Shown: positions 1-12,588, counted from the stretch's first letter. The stretch is DNA of 64,000 bases from Hormiphora californensis (GCA_020137815.1 CM035355.1:6758001-6822000), one strand, 5' to 3'. Notes: generated by a model from the letters alone, not told the origin. Program-made: numbers and translations.

Positions 1-1717
1 GTTTGTGACATGTGACTCAACTTGGTGGATCTGCATATTAACATATTTGCTGTGTATCTCTCTCTACCTGAGGAGTCTCTGTGGGTCCCGGGGCTGGTTT
101 GAGGGATGTCGGAGGCCATAAGATCGGGACGTTATCTGTTCAATTATAGGACGCAGTGTTGCTCCACTTAGAGAGAGAAGCTGTTCTCGACTCATTAGGC
201 CAAACCTGGAATATAGGAATTATAGTGTTCGGACGCAGCATAAAACACGAGTATTAGACATTAGCTGGTTTTTAGATGATTAATGATTTTATTGTTGCTT
301 CTCATCCCACAAAAGTAAGCTGTTTTGGAAACTAGAAACTTTTTATGACGACGATTTACTCAAGATTACTCAAGGAATATAAAATATCCTGGCACACAGA
401 GAGAGGTAGTACCTGACACATTTAAGAAGGTTGTACAGGGACGCCTGGCGATCTTCCAGATTGTGTTGAACCCACCGGAGAACAGCCTGGAACACCTGTA
501 ACATGATCGATGTGTGAGTAGAAATGGGGTTATCATAATGTTCTACCCTCATTTACTGGGACGCAGACAGCGGTTAGAGAGAGTCGAGCAAGGCAACCCC
601 CCCCCCCATTTCATTACCTGCTCCTCTGTTTCACTCCGTAAGTTATCCTCTGATAATATCTGCTCCAGGGTGCCCGCATCCAACTCCAGGAATTCATCAC
701 CCTGGGATACCGGGGTGAAGTGGTGCAGCATAAACCTGGGAGAATTCAGTGATAATGAGGGGAAATAATCCTGAAATTATGACAAACCCATCACAAATAA
801 ACCTCCATATCCCCGAGGTCTCAGGAGTCAGGTCCCCCTGAGGTCCCCCACCCTCTCATTCAAAGGAGTTGTCCAGTACCTGTAAGCAGCTTCCTGCAAT
901 TGTGTACACTGAAACTTTTCCGCTAGACGGTACACACCAATACAGTTCCCCTGCTCCAACAGCTTAGTTAGAAACTTACAGCATGCATTCCGGAGCGCTT
1001 CAATCTGGAAAAACGCACCCGCCTCCAGTATGACGGCGACATTATCCTGTTATTTTGGGGAGAGAGAAGGAGGGAGTGAGAGGTGGGTGAATGAATCACA
1101 AAAACAATTTGTAGTGTTTTATCAAACACCAAACCTGTTTCCGGTAAATTTGGCTGAGGATGCTCGGCTCCACCACCGCACCATTAACACCACCACCACC
1201 AGCCCGCCGCAACTAGGGAATGGGGAGAGAGAGAGGGTGTGAGTGAGGGGCAACCTACCCGGGTTAATAATATCTCGCCTGTATACGAGAAATCCAGGAT
1301 TGAGGTTATGGTTGTTAACTTCATGTCTCGCATTGTCACAGAGTTCTTGTTCGCTTCCGTCAACTTGCTGGAAAATAATATACGAGTTAGTTGTTTTGTA
1401 TTTGTAAGAGTGAGTAGTGACTAGTGAGTTCATAATAATGTTATTACAGTTTTTGCCCAATATGTAACAGTTGCCAGTACATACGGTACATTGCTTGTAT
1501 TTCTATAGTATAGAAGTTCATACCTGGAAAACATAGCATCAAAGTAGGGGATGAGTGATGCTAGGACAGCCTTGTGGCATTCTATTTTGGTGTCTTCAAC
1601 GACAATAGTAAAATCTGTATAACAGGAATTCTTTCGGAATTCGTTCAATGATTGTAGCAGTATATCGGCATGTTGGTATCTTTTAAAATGGAAACTTGTA
1701 TTCTCCACATCGACCAT
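1..1717 (-). CDS. Kelch-like BTB/BACK protein, multi-exon, 3' part runs off window start
   Basis: Exon 1 encodes HADILLQSLNEFRKNSCYTDFTIVVEDTKIECHKAVLASLIPYFDAMFS (BTB). Later exons give DEFLELDAGTLEQILSEDNLRSETEEQ and VFQAVLRWVQHNLEDRQASLYNLLKCVR (BACK). GT-AG introns. Confidence 0.85.
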
Positions 1718-1950
1718 TCTAAGAAAATAATTGTGATTTAGCGGGGTGTTATTATTAGGTTTTGGAAATATACATGAAAGCTAATGTGATTTCGTATAAG
1801 AGAAAAGAGAAAAACAAACAAAATTCTAAAAACTATTTATCCTCCAGGGATGCAACATAACACTTTCAAAAACCCCACGACATTTCAGATTTCACACATA
1901 ATTTCAAACTTTGAAAAAACAAACAACGTCAATTCACCCTGTACTCAAAA

Positions 1951-4900
1951 CTACCTAAACCCACTTCTGAGTTCTGTGCTCTGTCCAGCCTGTGACAATG
2001 CATAAAGTCTATAAAACTGAGAATCAGCGTCTCTCGCCAGCTCCCTGGGGCACCCTACCTCCACCATCTCGCCGTGACTCATCACAATCACTTTATCGTA
2101 CTCCATCACCGTATCAATCCGGTGAGCAATAGTTATCAGCGTACTTTCCCCCAGCTCCTCTCTCAGAACATCTTGGATCACACTGTCTGTATCATGATCA
2201 ATGTTTGAGGTAGCCTCATCCAGACACATAATCCTGGATCGGCTGAGAAGTGCTCGGCATAGAGACAGTAGCTGGCTCTCACCCGTACTGATATCGGACA
2301 GAGCTATCTCGGAGTCAATACCTCCTTTTTGGGATACAAAGTTTGTGAGTTGGCATTTTTGGAGGGCCGTGTGGAGGGCCTCATCGCTGTACTTTCCAAA
2401 CGGATCAATGTTACCCCGGATTGTATCAGTAAATACAAAGGGTTCCTGGGTGATAATCCCAAGTTTCTCTCTTAGCACCGTTCTACTGATATCCAGAATG
2501 TTAGTTCCATCCACTACTATACTCCCATCCTCTATATCAGTTAACCTGAAGAGAGCTGTGAAGATAGAGCTCTTCCCAGCACCTGTCCTTCCCACAACAG
2601 CCACCTTCTCTCCAGGCACCACCTGGAAGGAAACACCCGATAAGGCCAGGGTTGTAGTACCAGGGTACCTCAGAGACACTTTGTTAAACCTGATGGAACC
2701 ATGTGTGGGCCAGTTTATGTCAACCAGCTGGACATCCTCAGGGTCGATCTCTAGCGGGAGGTTTGTGGTGTATTGTACCAACCGCTCCAACCCCACCATC
2801 TCTTTCTCCAACTGGATGAAGTTCTCCACTAAATACCGGAGTTTGTCGTCCAAATCGAGGGCGTATGCCAGGGTCAGACCCACTAGCGCCACATCCAGTG
2901 CGTTGTAGTGGAGTTGGATAAGAATGATAATGGCGGTGACGCTCAGAACCACGAGGGAGAGAAGTGGAAGGCGGAGTGAGAGCCAGGAACCAGCTGCCAG
3001 CATAGTATACTGGGTCCGTTGGAATGCTTCCAGGTACTTGTAACCCACAGTCTGGATGGAGGTGTAGGTCCTAAAACTGTGGATGTACACAATTCCCTTT
3101 AGGGTTTGATCAAAATGGCTGAAAACAGGCGATTTACAGGTTGAGTAGAGACGTTTTACCTCCCGTACCGCTCTCAGGTAATACCGCTGGATCAGATAAT
3201 ACACGACGACAAGAGGGAACAGTGTTAGCAACATGTAGGGTAGTGCATAACTGATAACTGCCATGATCCCCAGTAGACCAAACAGCTCAGATAGTACAGT
3301 GTTTAGTGTAAAGGGAAGGTTTGAGTCAACTGTGTAAACGTCATTAGAGAGCCTGTTAATTATCACACCGGCCGGAGTGTTTTCAAAGAAATGAACCGCA
3401 GTCTTGAGAACCGAACTGATCACATTTGTGTGAATCTTTTTAGTTGCCATTAGGCCAAAAAATGCAAAACTAAACGCTCGGATGAGGCAGAATAGAGAGT
3501 TAGAGATGACTATCACACCGTATACCTCCAGATAAAAGGTTGAGGTGTTGGTTGATGGGGATGTTAGAAGTGGATCAGGAGCGGGCTGAGGACACAAGAT
3601 GGACGTATCGTTGGTGGGCAGTGATAGAACAGTAGGGCTGCTGAACATCAGGAATCCATTGAGAGAGGGAGATGATGTGGTAGCTTTAACCCACTGTGAC
3701 AACCACCAGTTACTCAGTACCTCTGTACCCTGCATCCCAGTTAACCCCATTGCAGTAAGAATTGTGAGGAACAACCCAGCCGCCTTGCCGTAGTGTTTAT
3801 AAACTGTAATGTCAATCCCACCGAACTTCCTTTCCTCTTCATACTGTGGACGCTCCCTTTCAATTTCATCCCCATGATCAGCAGCGGACTTTCCACTAGA
3901 CTCATCAGCGCCTCCTTGGGGTACCTCGGGCAGGTTAGCTGGTTCGGGTAGCCCTAACTCCTTAATCCTACCACCTTCCAGTACCATAAGACTATCTGCT
4001 TTAGCAACAAATCTCTTATCATGAGTACAGATAACTCGTGTTTTGTTAACCAACAACCCGTTTATACAGTGCTCGAAAATGTGAAGTGACACGTGGCTAT
4101 CCAACCCTGCAAAGATATCATCAATCAGATACACGTGCTTGTTTTTATAAACTGCACGTGCAAGGGATACCCGTATCTTCTGGCCCCCGCTAAGGGCAGC
4201 CCCATTCTCCCCGACTGGAGTGGCATCACCGATTGGAAATCTTGTAATGTCCTTATCCAGGGCACACGCCATGATCACCTTCTCGTACCAGTAGCAATCG
4301 TACGCTGCCCCATCCAGAATGGCATCTCGGACCGTCTTCCCCACTACCCAGGGATCAGACAATACCAGCCCCGCACCATCCCTCCACTCCTTTACCCTCA
4401 TCTCTCCTCCTGCTTGGTTCAATTCCTGGCACACCGCCAACAGAAGGGAGGATTTACCACTGCCACTCCGGCCCGTAACAACCATTAGCTCACCCTTGCT
4501 GAGAGAGAACTGGAGGCCCACCAGACAACACTTGTCAGGTTTATCCCAATAAAACGAGCAATTGTCAACCTCAAAGACATTGTGAGACTCGTAAGGGCGG
4601 CTGGGGATGGTTCGTTGTGGTGCACGTTCAGGGAGGCACAACAAAGACTGGATACGTTTTACGGAGACCCAGAGCCGGGCAAACCCAAGGATAACCCACG
4701 GCAGGGCATTTAGGGGCACGTTTATTTGCCCAACTAAGGATAGGGTCGTGAACACCGTGCTAGCTTTGATATCATCTGGTCCCGATACCAAAACCTTCGT
4801 CATGATAATGATGAATGTAATGACCGTCGGTGCAGACGCCCACATATACACACAAACACAGTCAAAGTACGCGATCTTTTTCAGCTGGTGAAGCTCCCAT

Positions 4901-6564
4901 TGACGTAATTTGGCGATCTTTTCCAAGAATTTGAACTCCCAGGAAAACAACTTGATACTCTTGATATTCTTGATTACCTCATGTATCAACTTCAATCTCG
5001 TATCCCGCCTTGACATGAGCTCCTCTTCAATCTTTGACAGCTTGCTTGCTATCATCTGGTTCATGGGGAACAGTAAGATAAGGAATCCAAGACCAGCAAA
5101 CACTGCCACCCCAATATACCGGTACAGGAGGTACAGTACCACTCCGAGATTTAAAGGCAGTAGCCATATCTCGACAAAACATACCAAGTGCCCCACAATA
5201 TTAGAAGCGTCTTCGCTGGCAAAGTTGGTGATTTGACCCATGGAAAAGCTCTTTAGCTGGCACAACTTGATGTTGAGGATTTTAGAGTGAAGCTCACTGA
5301 TCAGTGACCCCATCAGTCCTATTTCAATTTTCTCCAACTCAAAGTAAAAATGCGTGTCAAGGAAGCAGACGATTAGTTTTGAGAGAATTAGGAGGACAAG
5401 ATAGGTGGCAGAGGTAGCGACACTCGCACCACCGCTCTCCAGATCCTGAAGCAGAAGATTCAGAAGGATGGGAGTAGAAAACCCGACAAGAGAAGAAACC
5501 AGCTTGATGAGATGCAGCGGCCAGAACTGCCAACCGTACGCTTTATTTATAGCCTTTAGGAGTACAAACTTACTCTTGAAAGCCCCGTTATCCTCTCCAT
5601 CAGTTTGGACTTCAGGAGAAGCTAGAAGAGGCTGCAACATGTCACTGACCTCCTCCTCTCCTCCCCCTTTTGGATCTCCTGCCTTATCCAGTGCTAATCG
5701 GAGTTTAACATGATTTGTTATCAAGTGAAGACTCTCAGGCAAGGCAATCGGGATGTCTTCAACAGTGGGAAATTGTGTTTCCTTGGCTGCTTTGAAGAGA
5801 CTGTCCACCCAGTGGAAAGAGAACTTTGAGAGCAGGCCGGGTGTGTTTGGAGAGTTGTTCCGTGAGTTCCTAGAGCTGTGAATAACAGCAGCTCGTGATG
5901 ATGATGCCCCCTCATCTTCTTCCTCATCATTCAATGTTAACTCTCCCCTACTACTGCTACTGCTTCTACACGTTCGGGGTATCTGGGCTAGTAGGACAAG
6001 GCTACACAATCCAAACCGGACATAAATGTTAGCCGCTTCATAACCGTCAAAGGGTGTTTCGTTTATGGCACAACGCAACCCTAAACTATATCGTGCAGCA
6101 CTGTACAACTCAAAACACGTGGAAACTAGGACGAGAGCCCAGGAAAACTTGAAGATATCGGCGTCTCGTCCACTAGTGATATTAACCCAAGATCTCCTCC
6201 AGATAATACACGCCATGACCGAGACACACCACGACAGAAGAACGAGTGTCTCTACAACTAGCTCGTATATTGTTAGTTTGTCCGTTGCTAGGTACTGCTC
6301 CATGATCAGATCGACCTCTGTTGCTATGACAACCATTTGGAGGAGAGTTCTGAATATGACAAGTTTGGGGCGGTCCAGACGTCCCGAGATAACGGGGCAA
6401 CAACTCGCTTTACATATGTAATAGGCACCCACACAGCAGAGGAAAAGATGGGTCGGGGACACGATGAATATTTGTTGGAAACACCTGCCGAAATCATGAC
6501 CGGTCCATATTTCGTGTGTTGTGTTGTTGAAGGGTTCTCCACACACACTGGACAGGAAGGACAT
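1951..6564 (-). CDS. ABCC10: ABC transporter subfamily C (MRP7/ABCC10-like), single exon, 1537 aa
   Basis: TMD0-TMD1-NBD1-TMD2-NBD2 layout. Walker A GRSGSGKSS and GRTGAGKSS; signature LSGGQ; LDEATSNID. N-terminus and DVYTVDSNLPFTLN resemble ABCC10. Confidence 0.88.
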   Translation of the reverse strand: MSFLSSVCGEPFNNTTHEIWTGHDFGRCFQQIFIVSPTHLFLCCVGAYYICKASCCPVISGRLDRPKLVIFRTLLQMVVIATEVDLIMEQYLATDKLTIYELVVETLVLLSWCVSVMACIIWRRSWVNITSGRDADIFKFSWALVLVSTCFELYSAARYSLGLRCAINETPFDGYEAANIYVRFGLCSLVLLAQIPRTCRSSSSSRGELTLNDEEEDEGASSSRAAVIHSSRNSRNNSPNTPGLLSKFSFHWVDSLFKAAKETQFPTVEDIPIALPESLHLITNHVKLRLALDKAGDPKGGGEEEVSDMLQPLLASPEVQTDGEDNGAFKSKFVLLKAINKAYGWQFWPLHLIKLVSSLVGFSTPILLNLLLQDLESGGASVATSATYLVLLILSKLIVCFLDTHFYFELEKIEIGLMGSLISELHSKILNIKLCQLKSFSMGQITNFASEDASNIVGHLVCFVEIWLLPLNLGVVLYLLYRYIGVAVFAGLGFLILLFPMNQMIASKLSKIEEELMSRRDTRLKLIHEVIKNIKSIKLFSWEFKFLEKIAKLRQWELHQLKKIAYFDCVCVYMWASAPTVITFIIIMTKVLVSGPDDIKASTVFTTLSLVGQINVPLNALPWVILGFARLWVSVKRIQSLLCLPERAPQRTIPSRPYESHNVFEVDNCSFYWDKPDKCCLVGLQFSLSKGELMVVTGRSGSGKSSLLLAVCQELNQAGGEMRVKEWRDGAGLVLSDPWVVGKTVRDAILDGAAYDCYWYEKVIMACALDKDITRFPIGDATPVGENGAALSGGQKIRVSLARAVYKNKHVYLIDDIFAGLDSHVSLHIFEHCINGLLVNKTRVICTHDKRFVAKADSLMVLEGGRIKELGLPEPANLPEVPQGGADESSGKSAADHGDEIERERPQYEEERKFGGIDITVYKHYGKAAGLFLTILTAMGLTGMQGTEVLSNWWLSQWVKATTSSPSLNGFLMFSSPTVLSLPTNDTSILCPQPAPDPLLTSPSTNTSTFYLEVYGVIVISNSLFCLIRAFSFAFFGLMATKKIHTNVISSVLKTAVHFFENTPAGVIINRLSNDVYTVDSNLPFTLNTVLSELFGLLGIMAVISYALPYMLLTLFPLVVVYYLIQRYYLRAVREVKRLYSTCKSPVFSHFDQTLKGIVYIHSFRTYTSIQTVGYKYLEAFQRTQYTMLAAGSWLSLRLPLLSLVVLSVTAIIILIQLHYNALDVALVGLTLAYALDLDDKLRYLVENFIQLEKEMVGLERLVQYTTNLPLEIDPEDVQLVDINWPTHGSIRFNKVSLRYPGTTTLALSGVSFQVVPGEKVAVVGRTGAGKSSIFTALFRLTDIEDGSIVVDGTNILDISRTVLREKLGIITQEPFVFTDTIRGNIDPFGKYSDEALHTALQKCQLTNFVSQKGGIDSEIALSDISTGESQLLSLCRALLSRSRIMCLDEATSNIDHDTDSVIQDVLREELGESTLITIAHRIDTVMEYDKVIVMSHGEMVEVGCPRELARDADSQFYRLYALSQAGQSTELRSGFR

Positions 6565-6896
6565 TGTGATGAAGATCCCCTAGGGTAACATGGGTTATAA
6601 AATGGACAGTTTCTTAGAAAACGGGATCAGGGAAAATCAGAAACGAATGAGATTAAAGAAAGTCAAAGAATTCAATAAAATTCTAACAAAAAACACATTA
6701 ACAGACAGCCAGAATTAAACAGATATACTACAGATTTATGCTGAACCAGCAGCGTGGGACGTGGCCTAAAACCAACTCCATCTTCCCCACATTTCTTTGA
6801 TCAACAAACAAAAAACCACGATTCAGATTTAGCGCATGCATCTTTCCATGACTAACTAGGTTCAGTTAACAACATTATATCACCATGGTAACAATG

Positions 6897-9800
6897 TTAA
6901 CTAGGTTCAGTTAACAACATGATAACACTCGGTTCCATGGTAACGGGCTCGACACACCGGTCCATGGCACTGGACACGACCTCCTCAAGAAGGAAGTTTA
7001 ACAGTCTCTCCTCCTCTACAAACCTCCACAGATACTCTCTCAGGTAGTATACATCGACCTGGGAGGGAGAGAGGGGTTGATACTTGATGGTACCGGGTAT
7101 GGAACATAAAGAGAGAGGATGATGGTACCGGCTGTTGGTGTGCGGACTCTAGTGCTACACTCTAAGTCTAAAGAGGACTCTATATCTAAATTTAGATTTA
7201 GATAAAGAGTCCAAATAATTCTAAACTCTAGGAGGACTCTTTATCTAAAAAGTCTACACAGGGCGGACTCTTTATCTAAAAAGTCTAAACAAAGTGGACT
7301 CTATATCTACATAAATCTAAATTAGATATAGAGTCCGCCTTTCGCCGCAAACTCGAGATTTCGGCCGTCAGGCCGGAAACGAGAGTTTGCTCTACCCCTA
7401 TACTAATTAAGAAGTGTTAGGGCCGTTATTTGGGTTCGAGGTTAGGGTTAGGGTTAGTGTTAGGGTTAGGTTTTGGGTTGGGTTAGGATTTTAGACATAG
7501 AGTCCGGGTTGGAGGATTTGGCGCCAAAATGTACTAGAGGACTCTATATCTAAAAATTCTACACAGGGCGGACTCTTTATCTAAAAAGTCTACACAGGGA
7601 GGACTCTTTATCTAAACTTTTTTCAAAATCTAACTGTAGATAAAGAGTCCGTTTTTAGATATAGAGTCCGCCTTGGATTTAGATAAAGAGTCCGTTAGCA
7701 CTAGAGTCCGCCCACCCCGGCTGTTAACTGGTGGGTTATGTAAGAAATGTGACATACAGTGGGAAAAGATGGAAATATAATTTATGGATTGTGAACTGCA
7801 GATCAATTGTTACACAGCCCCAGCCCCCGGTACACTGACCTGTATTTGTTGTAATCCGAACTTGCCAAAAGTCCTCAATCTGACACTCTCTAGGAATGCC
7901 TTTAGTCCAATCTTGATAATGCCAGTCAATATGGATAGTTTCGTGAACTGAATCTCACCAAATATCTCCACTTGATCGCTGAACAACTGAAAAATAGTTG
8001 AGATTATTATTTTTGAAGGGTGTTTTGTTTCATTAAAACTAGAATTCTTACAGCAAGATTAAGTGACCCACAATTCCCTTCATGTGTCCATACCTTGTTC
8101 AGTAAACTGCTCTCAGTGTCACTAGGTGTGTACTTGTATTTACTGCTAGCCCGGCCTCCATGGGACAAAGCTCTCCGACTACTGTCTGAGTTTGTTGCCT
8201 TAACGATGCCCTCCTCAAATAGGCCCCCAATTTGGGTATCTAGCTCTGTGAGTTCTTCTACCACTCGCTTCATTGCTGCAATTGAGTAATGATATTGGCA
8301 ATCTTTAAAGCAAGTTGTTCAAACTCAGATAGCATTTGTTTTCATTGAGAACAATTCCTGGTACACATCGTAAACTTTCAACGTAAGAGGTAGGTTAGAT
8401 CTCTCAATCCCCCTACTATAGCAACTCATCCCGTTACCATAGCAACTTACCTGCACGGACATTCCTCGGTTCCACGGCACTCAACCAGTCACGTGTCTTT
8501 ACACTTGTGTGAATCATCTGGCTAACTGATACACCCTTTACATGGACATACCGCGTCAAAATCTAGAAGAGTTATGAGTGAGGAACTAAATTAACATCAA
8601 ACCCCCCCCCCCCCCGGCCCCACCGTTACCAATAACAACTAGCCCAAGTTACCATTTAACAGCTCATTAGCCCCCCGTTACCATAGGAACTTATTAGCCC
8701 CTCATTACCTTGGATACGGTATCATGTGCAAGGGTGGTTAGTTCCTGAACGGTTGGGGAAAGCTGCTCCGGAAGGGCTGTCTTATCTGCTGGGAACATGT
8801 CACTCACCAGCTGGGCGAGGAAACTGAGAGGGAACAGGGGATTAATAACATCTTGGCCGGGAGATCGTGGAGATTAGGGGGCAAAATTCGATAATAAAAC
8901 GAGGCGGGAGCAACGAAAGTTTTGAAATTCAGTTAGTCAAATCTCGATTTACCAGTCCAGTAAATCGAAGTTTCATTATATTTTAACCTGATGGTGGTTG
9001 TCTGGAAGTCCAAGGACAGACGAGCTGTGACAAGAAGGAGAGAGGGAGGGACACCCTCTGGGAGGGAGGCCACTGTATTAATCACTTGCTCCAGGTATCT
9101 CATCACCAGGCTCTGGCGGACATCGTGGACACAAAACGGACCCCTGGAGATAAGAGAGGGAGTGAGAGTGAGAGGAAGAAAAGTATCATTTAGCACTGTA
9201 ACACTGTTACAGCATGTGGCTTCCATTGAATGTGTTACAAAACATTTATACAAAGTTTCAGTGCACACTTGAGTCGCTTGACATTGTGCCAGCTTACAGT
9301 GTACATTATAGTTGAAGTGTTGTACTGTAATAGTGTACACTGCACAATGAACGCTGGTGCTAAAGTCAAAAGTGTCTACACTTACCTAAAGTATGGTTTA
9401 GTTGAGAATGTAACATCAGGATTTACAAACTCCTTCACATTTACCAGCACCAATTTTAGCTTGCCAACCTGCGGGGGGATTATGGGGTAGTAAAGATTGA
9501 GTGGGGTCCAAGAAGAGAGCAAAAGGAGAAAATGATGATGTCAAGATGAGATGGAAGATGAGTGACCTTTGTGAGCTATAAATGGAAACTTACCAGACTG
9601 GCCTTTAGTGTCGATGTGATCTCCGCCAGACTTTCCTGTCCCTCAAATTGTGCTGGTTTGGAGACGAGTAATGCCTGCTTTACATCCCCTAGCGTCTCGG
9701 TAAAGTGGGTGTTTAGCGTTTCCTGGGTGGAGGGGATAAAACATTAAGAGGTTGTATGGGCAGAAGAAATATATAATTTTAATAATGGTGCTGAGTGGAT

Positions 9801-11714
9801 TACCGAGTAGAATTGAATCCTGTTTCTGATCGTGTTGGTGACAATTTCACAGGCGATCCTGTCCAGAGATGCAGATGGTAGCAGCTCATGGACGGGCTGG
9901 ATACGGCGGTAGAACCGATCCAGACCTCGTACCAACATGGCATTATCGGGCTGTCTGGCTTCTGTGGCAAACCTAGCAAAGAGGTTGGTGTTATTTCTGG
10001 TAGTGGTTAGGATATCTGAGTAGACCAGAATATTTACAGTGACAGTGGTATCATTGCTGTCTAATTAGACCCCTGCATCGCCCCCTCCCCCACACGCCCA
10101 CTTACCGGTCCTGGATGTGCCCAAAGTAGAGACTAAAATGATTGTAAGCAAACTCGGACAAGTGTTCATCCAATACAGACTGCTCCAGAGTCACGTTAGG
10201 ATTTTCTTTGAAGGCCCGTTTGAAGGTATCTATTGTTAGGGAAACGGATCCAAGGAAGGGGTAGGCCGTGGTGTCGATGAATTCTAGAATGTCCTGGTCT
10301 TCTGGCGGATTTCCCACTAAAAAAAGATGAAAAGAATGTGATTCTGAAAAAAATTGAATAAATAAGAATTATATAAACAGAAGTCAACAAGTATCATCTG
10401 AACTATTTACCTTGATCAATATTTTCCTGTAAGTATGTGGTGTGATGTCTGCAGGAACAGAAGGAATTATCTCCTCTGTAGACACCTTCAACTCCAACAA
10501 CAGATCTGTTGTTTCCAGGACCTGGGGTAACAATTCAAGGTATTATGTATCACCAAGTATTATCCAAGAGTATTATTTTAAAGTTTAAAATGTTAATGGC
10601 AAATGCCTTGGTGGTGATATTGTTGATACTATGTGATGAAAATTTGTTTTAACCCCGTTTTAACCTAGCTGTTGTTGCCTAGCTAGACCCTGTTTCGCAA
10701 GCCCCAAAAATGTAAAGGGAGGGTTAGAACATAACAAACCTGCTGAGCTTTCGCGTTTTTGTCCTCTAGACACTTCTTCAGGGCATCAGTTAGTGTTTTA
10801 ACAGTCTCCTCACAGTCACTCCTGATCCCGTCAAATGAGTTCACGTGTTCGTATTGGGAGAGAATAGCCGCTGCTTGGGTGTAATACTTGACTGCCTGGA
10901 ATAGGAAGTTATTTTTGTGGCGTTTCATAGAATTAGATAATGTTCAGTAGCTATAAAATAACACCATACATCATGAGGCTGTCTACATCAAAGTTACATG
11001 TATTGAGTTAGTAACCTACCTGTGGATAAGCTTCCATTTGTATTGCTTTTCTGAGGAGTGTCGGCAACTCGAACAGTGTCTGAAGTTTAGTCAGCAGGCT
11101 GTGAACTGAGCTCAGCTTGGTTATCTTCTGTCGGCTGTCACTCAAGTTCACACTGATATCACTGCTAAACGTTGAGATCGAATCCATGTTTGTTATAACA
11201 GCCTGCAATAAACATAATCGATAAACACACATGACATACGCCAAAAATTACAATGACTTTATCAAGAAAGTAAAATCTCCACCAAACCTCCATCTGGTCT
11301 TCCATCTGTCTGAAATCATCCTTCATCCTCCTGATTGTGTCAGTTGCACTGATGAACCGATTGTAGTTCTCATACACTAAGGTTTGCATTTCACTGTCGA
11401 GACGGCGGATATCTTTCAGTAGTGTTGTTTGGTAACCCAACAACTCGTCCAAATGTTTCTTCCCCAACATTTCCTAGTGAACATGGGGTTATTTTGGTTG
11501 TTCTTTTATTTGAAAAATTATGTAATCCAGTACCTAACCTTCAATATATGTACACTATTTATTCCTAATAGGTTTATCTCACCTTCATGTATATGTCAGT
11601 GTTAAACTGATCGCTGTTTATATCCGTCGTTTTATCAACACTCTCCTCCTTCCGAATCCCATAAAACTGCTTCAGCAGATTCCTATTCCGTTTCTTCGGA
11701 ACCTCTTCCCCCAT
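6897..11714 (-). CDS. VPS51: GARP/EARP complex subunit Vps51, multi-exon
   Basis: RNLLKQFYG; [34 protein letters not shown]; [11 protein letters not shown]; C-terminal [48 protein letters not shown] at 11714, TAA at 6897-6899. Confidence 0.88.
7137..7716. mobile_element. Non-autonomous foldback (Mutator-like) element in last VPS51 intron
   Basis: 21-bp TIR GGTGTGCGGACTCTAGTGCTA / TAGCACTAGAGTCCGCCCACC. 9-bp TSD CCGGCTGTT at 7128-7136 and 7717-7725. Many internal GGACTCT(A/T)TATCTAAA repeats in both orientations. Confidence 0.85.
7441..7487 (+). repeat. Interstitial degenerate (TTAGGG)n
   Basis: GTTAGGGTTAGGGTTAGTGTTAGGGTTAGG... inside the foldback element. Confidence 0.8.
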
Positions 11715-12200
11715 TCTACAATTCAATGTACCGTTAGGTTCTGGGGAGATTAAAAAACAACAAGCATTAGTAAGCGACACATTTTAGTGATTCAGCATAA
11801 TTTTTACACTTATCGCTGCATCGCTCACACGCCCTCGAAATGTTTTCAAAACGATCAAACAGTACTCTAGCAAGTGGTGGGAAACTGAGTGATTCCATTT
11901 TCGAGCAAAATATGCACGTCGTATGCTCACGGTATGGGCCGCATCGGAACACATTCTTCGGGTGCACTGGGCTGGGGGAACTGCAGCTGAACACTTTGGT
12001 TTGAACTTGGAAGATTTTTCTGCAAAAATTTGGGTGAAAAAGAAAAATCAGATCTAAAAATCTTGTTTAAAAAATGCAAGTCCAAGCAGCATTGAACATC
12101 GGAAAATGTAACGCGCAAGAGAGATTTGACGTAACGCGCGATTTACGCAATTTTGACGCTGCATTTGTACTGCGCGTCGTCTCGGTTTAAGAAAAGTTGC

Positions 12201-12588
12201 ATAAGGAACCATAATAAAGTTCAAGAGCCTCCAAGAGCACCCAAGAGCGTACCCGATCGAAGAGAGACCACACCTGAGAGCGCACCACACCCAAAAGAGA
12301 CCACATCCAAGAGCGGACCACCTCCAGAAGACACCACTTCAAGAGCGCACCACATCAAAGAGAGTTCCCCATCCAGAAGATACCACGCGCAGGGGACACC
12401 ACGCGCAGAAGAGACCAGCGCGGCGTTGTATTTGCGCGTGCGGTCTCTTCTGCGCGTGGTGTCCCCTGCGCGCGGTATCTTCTGGACGGGGAGCTCTCTT
12501 TGATGTGGTGCGCTCTTGGAGTGGTGTCTTTTGGAGGTGGTACGCTCTTGGATGGGGTGCGCTCTTGAACTTTATTATGGTTCCTTAT
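12201..12588. mobile_element. Palindromic MITE/foldback element
   Basis: ATAAGGAACCATAATAAAGTTCAAGAGC ... GCTCTTGAACTTTATTATGGTTCCTTAT termini. Arms are built of AAGAGCGCACC-type subrepeats. Probable TA target. Confidence 0.8.

Noticed and set aside
2201-6588. Plus-strand ORFs overlapping ABCC10 (and similar antisense ORFs over ERCC5 and the proteases)
   Set aside because: Shadow frames of real genes, with no recognisable motifs.
11767-11994. Cys-rich ORF as a zinc-finger gene
   Set aside because: Short, non-ATG start, no canonical spacing; could be TE-derived but cannot be supported.
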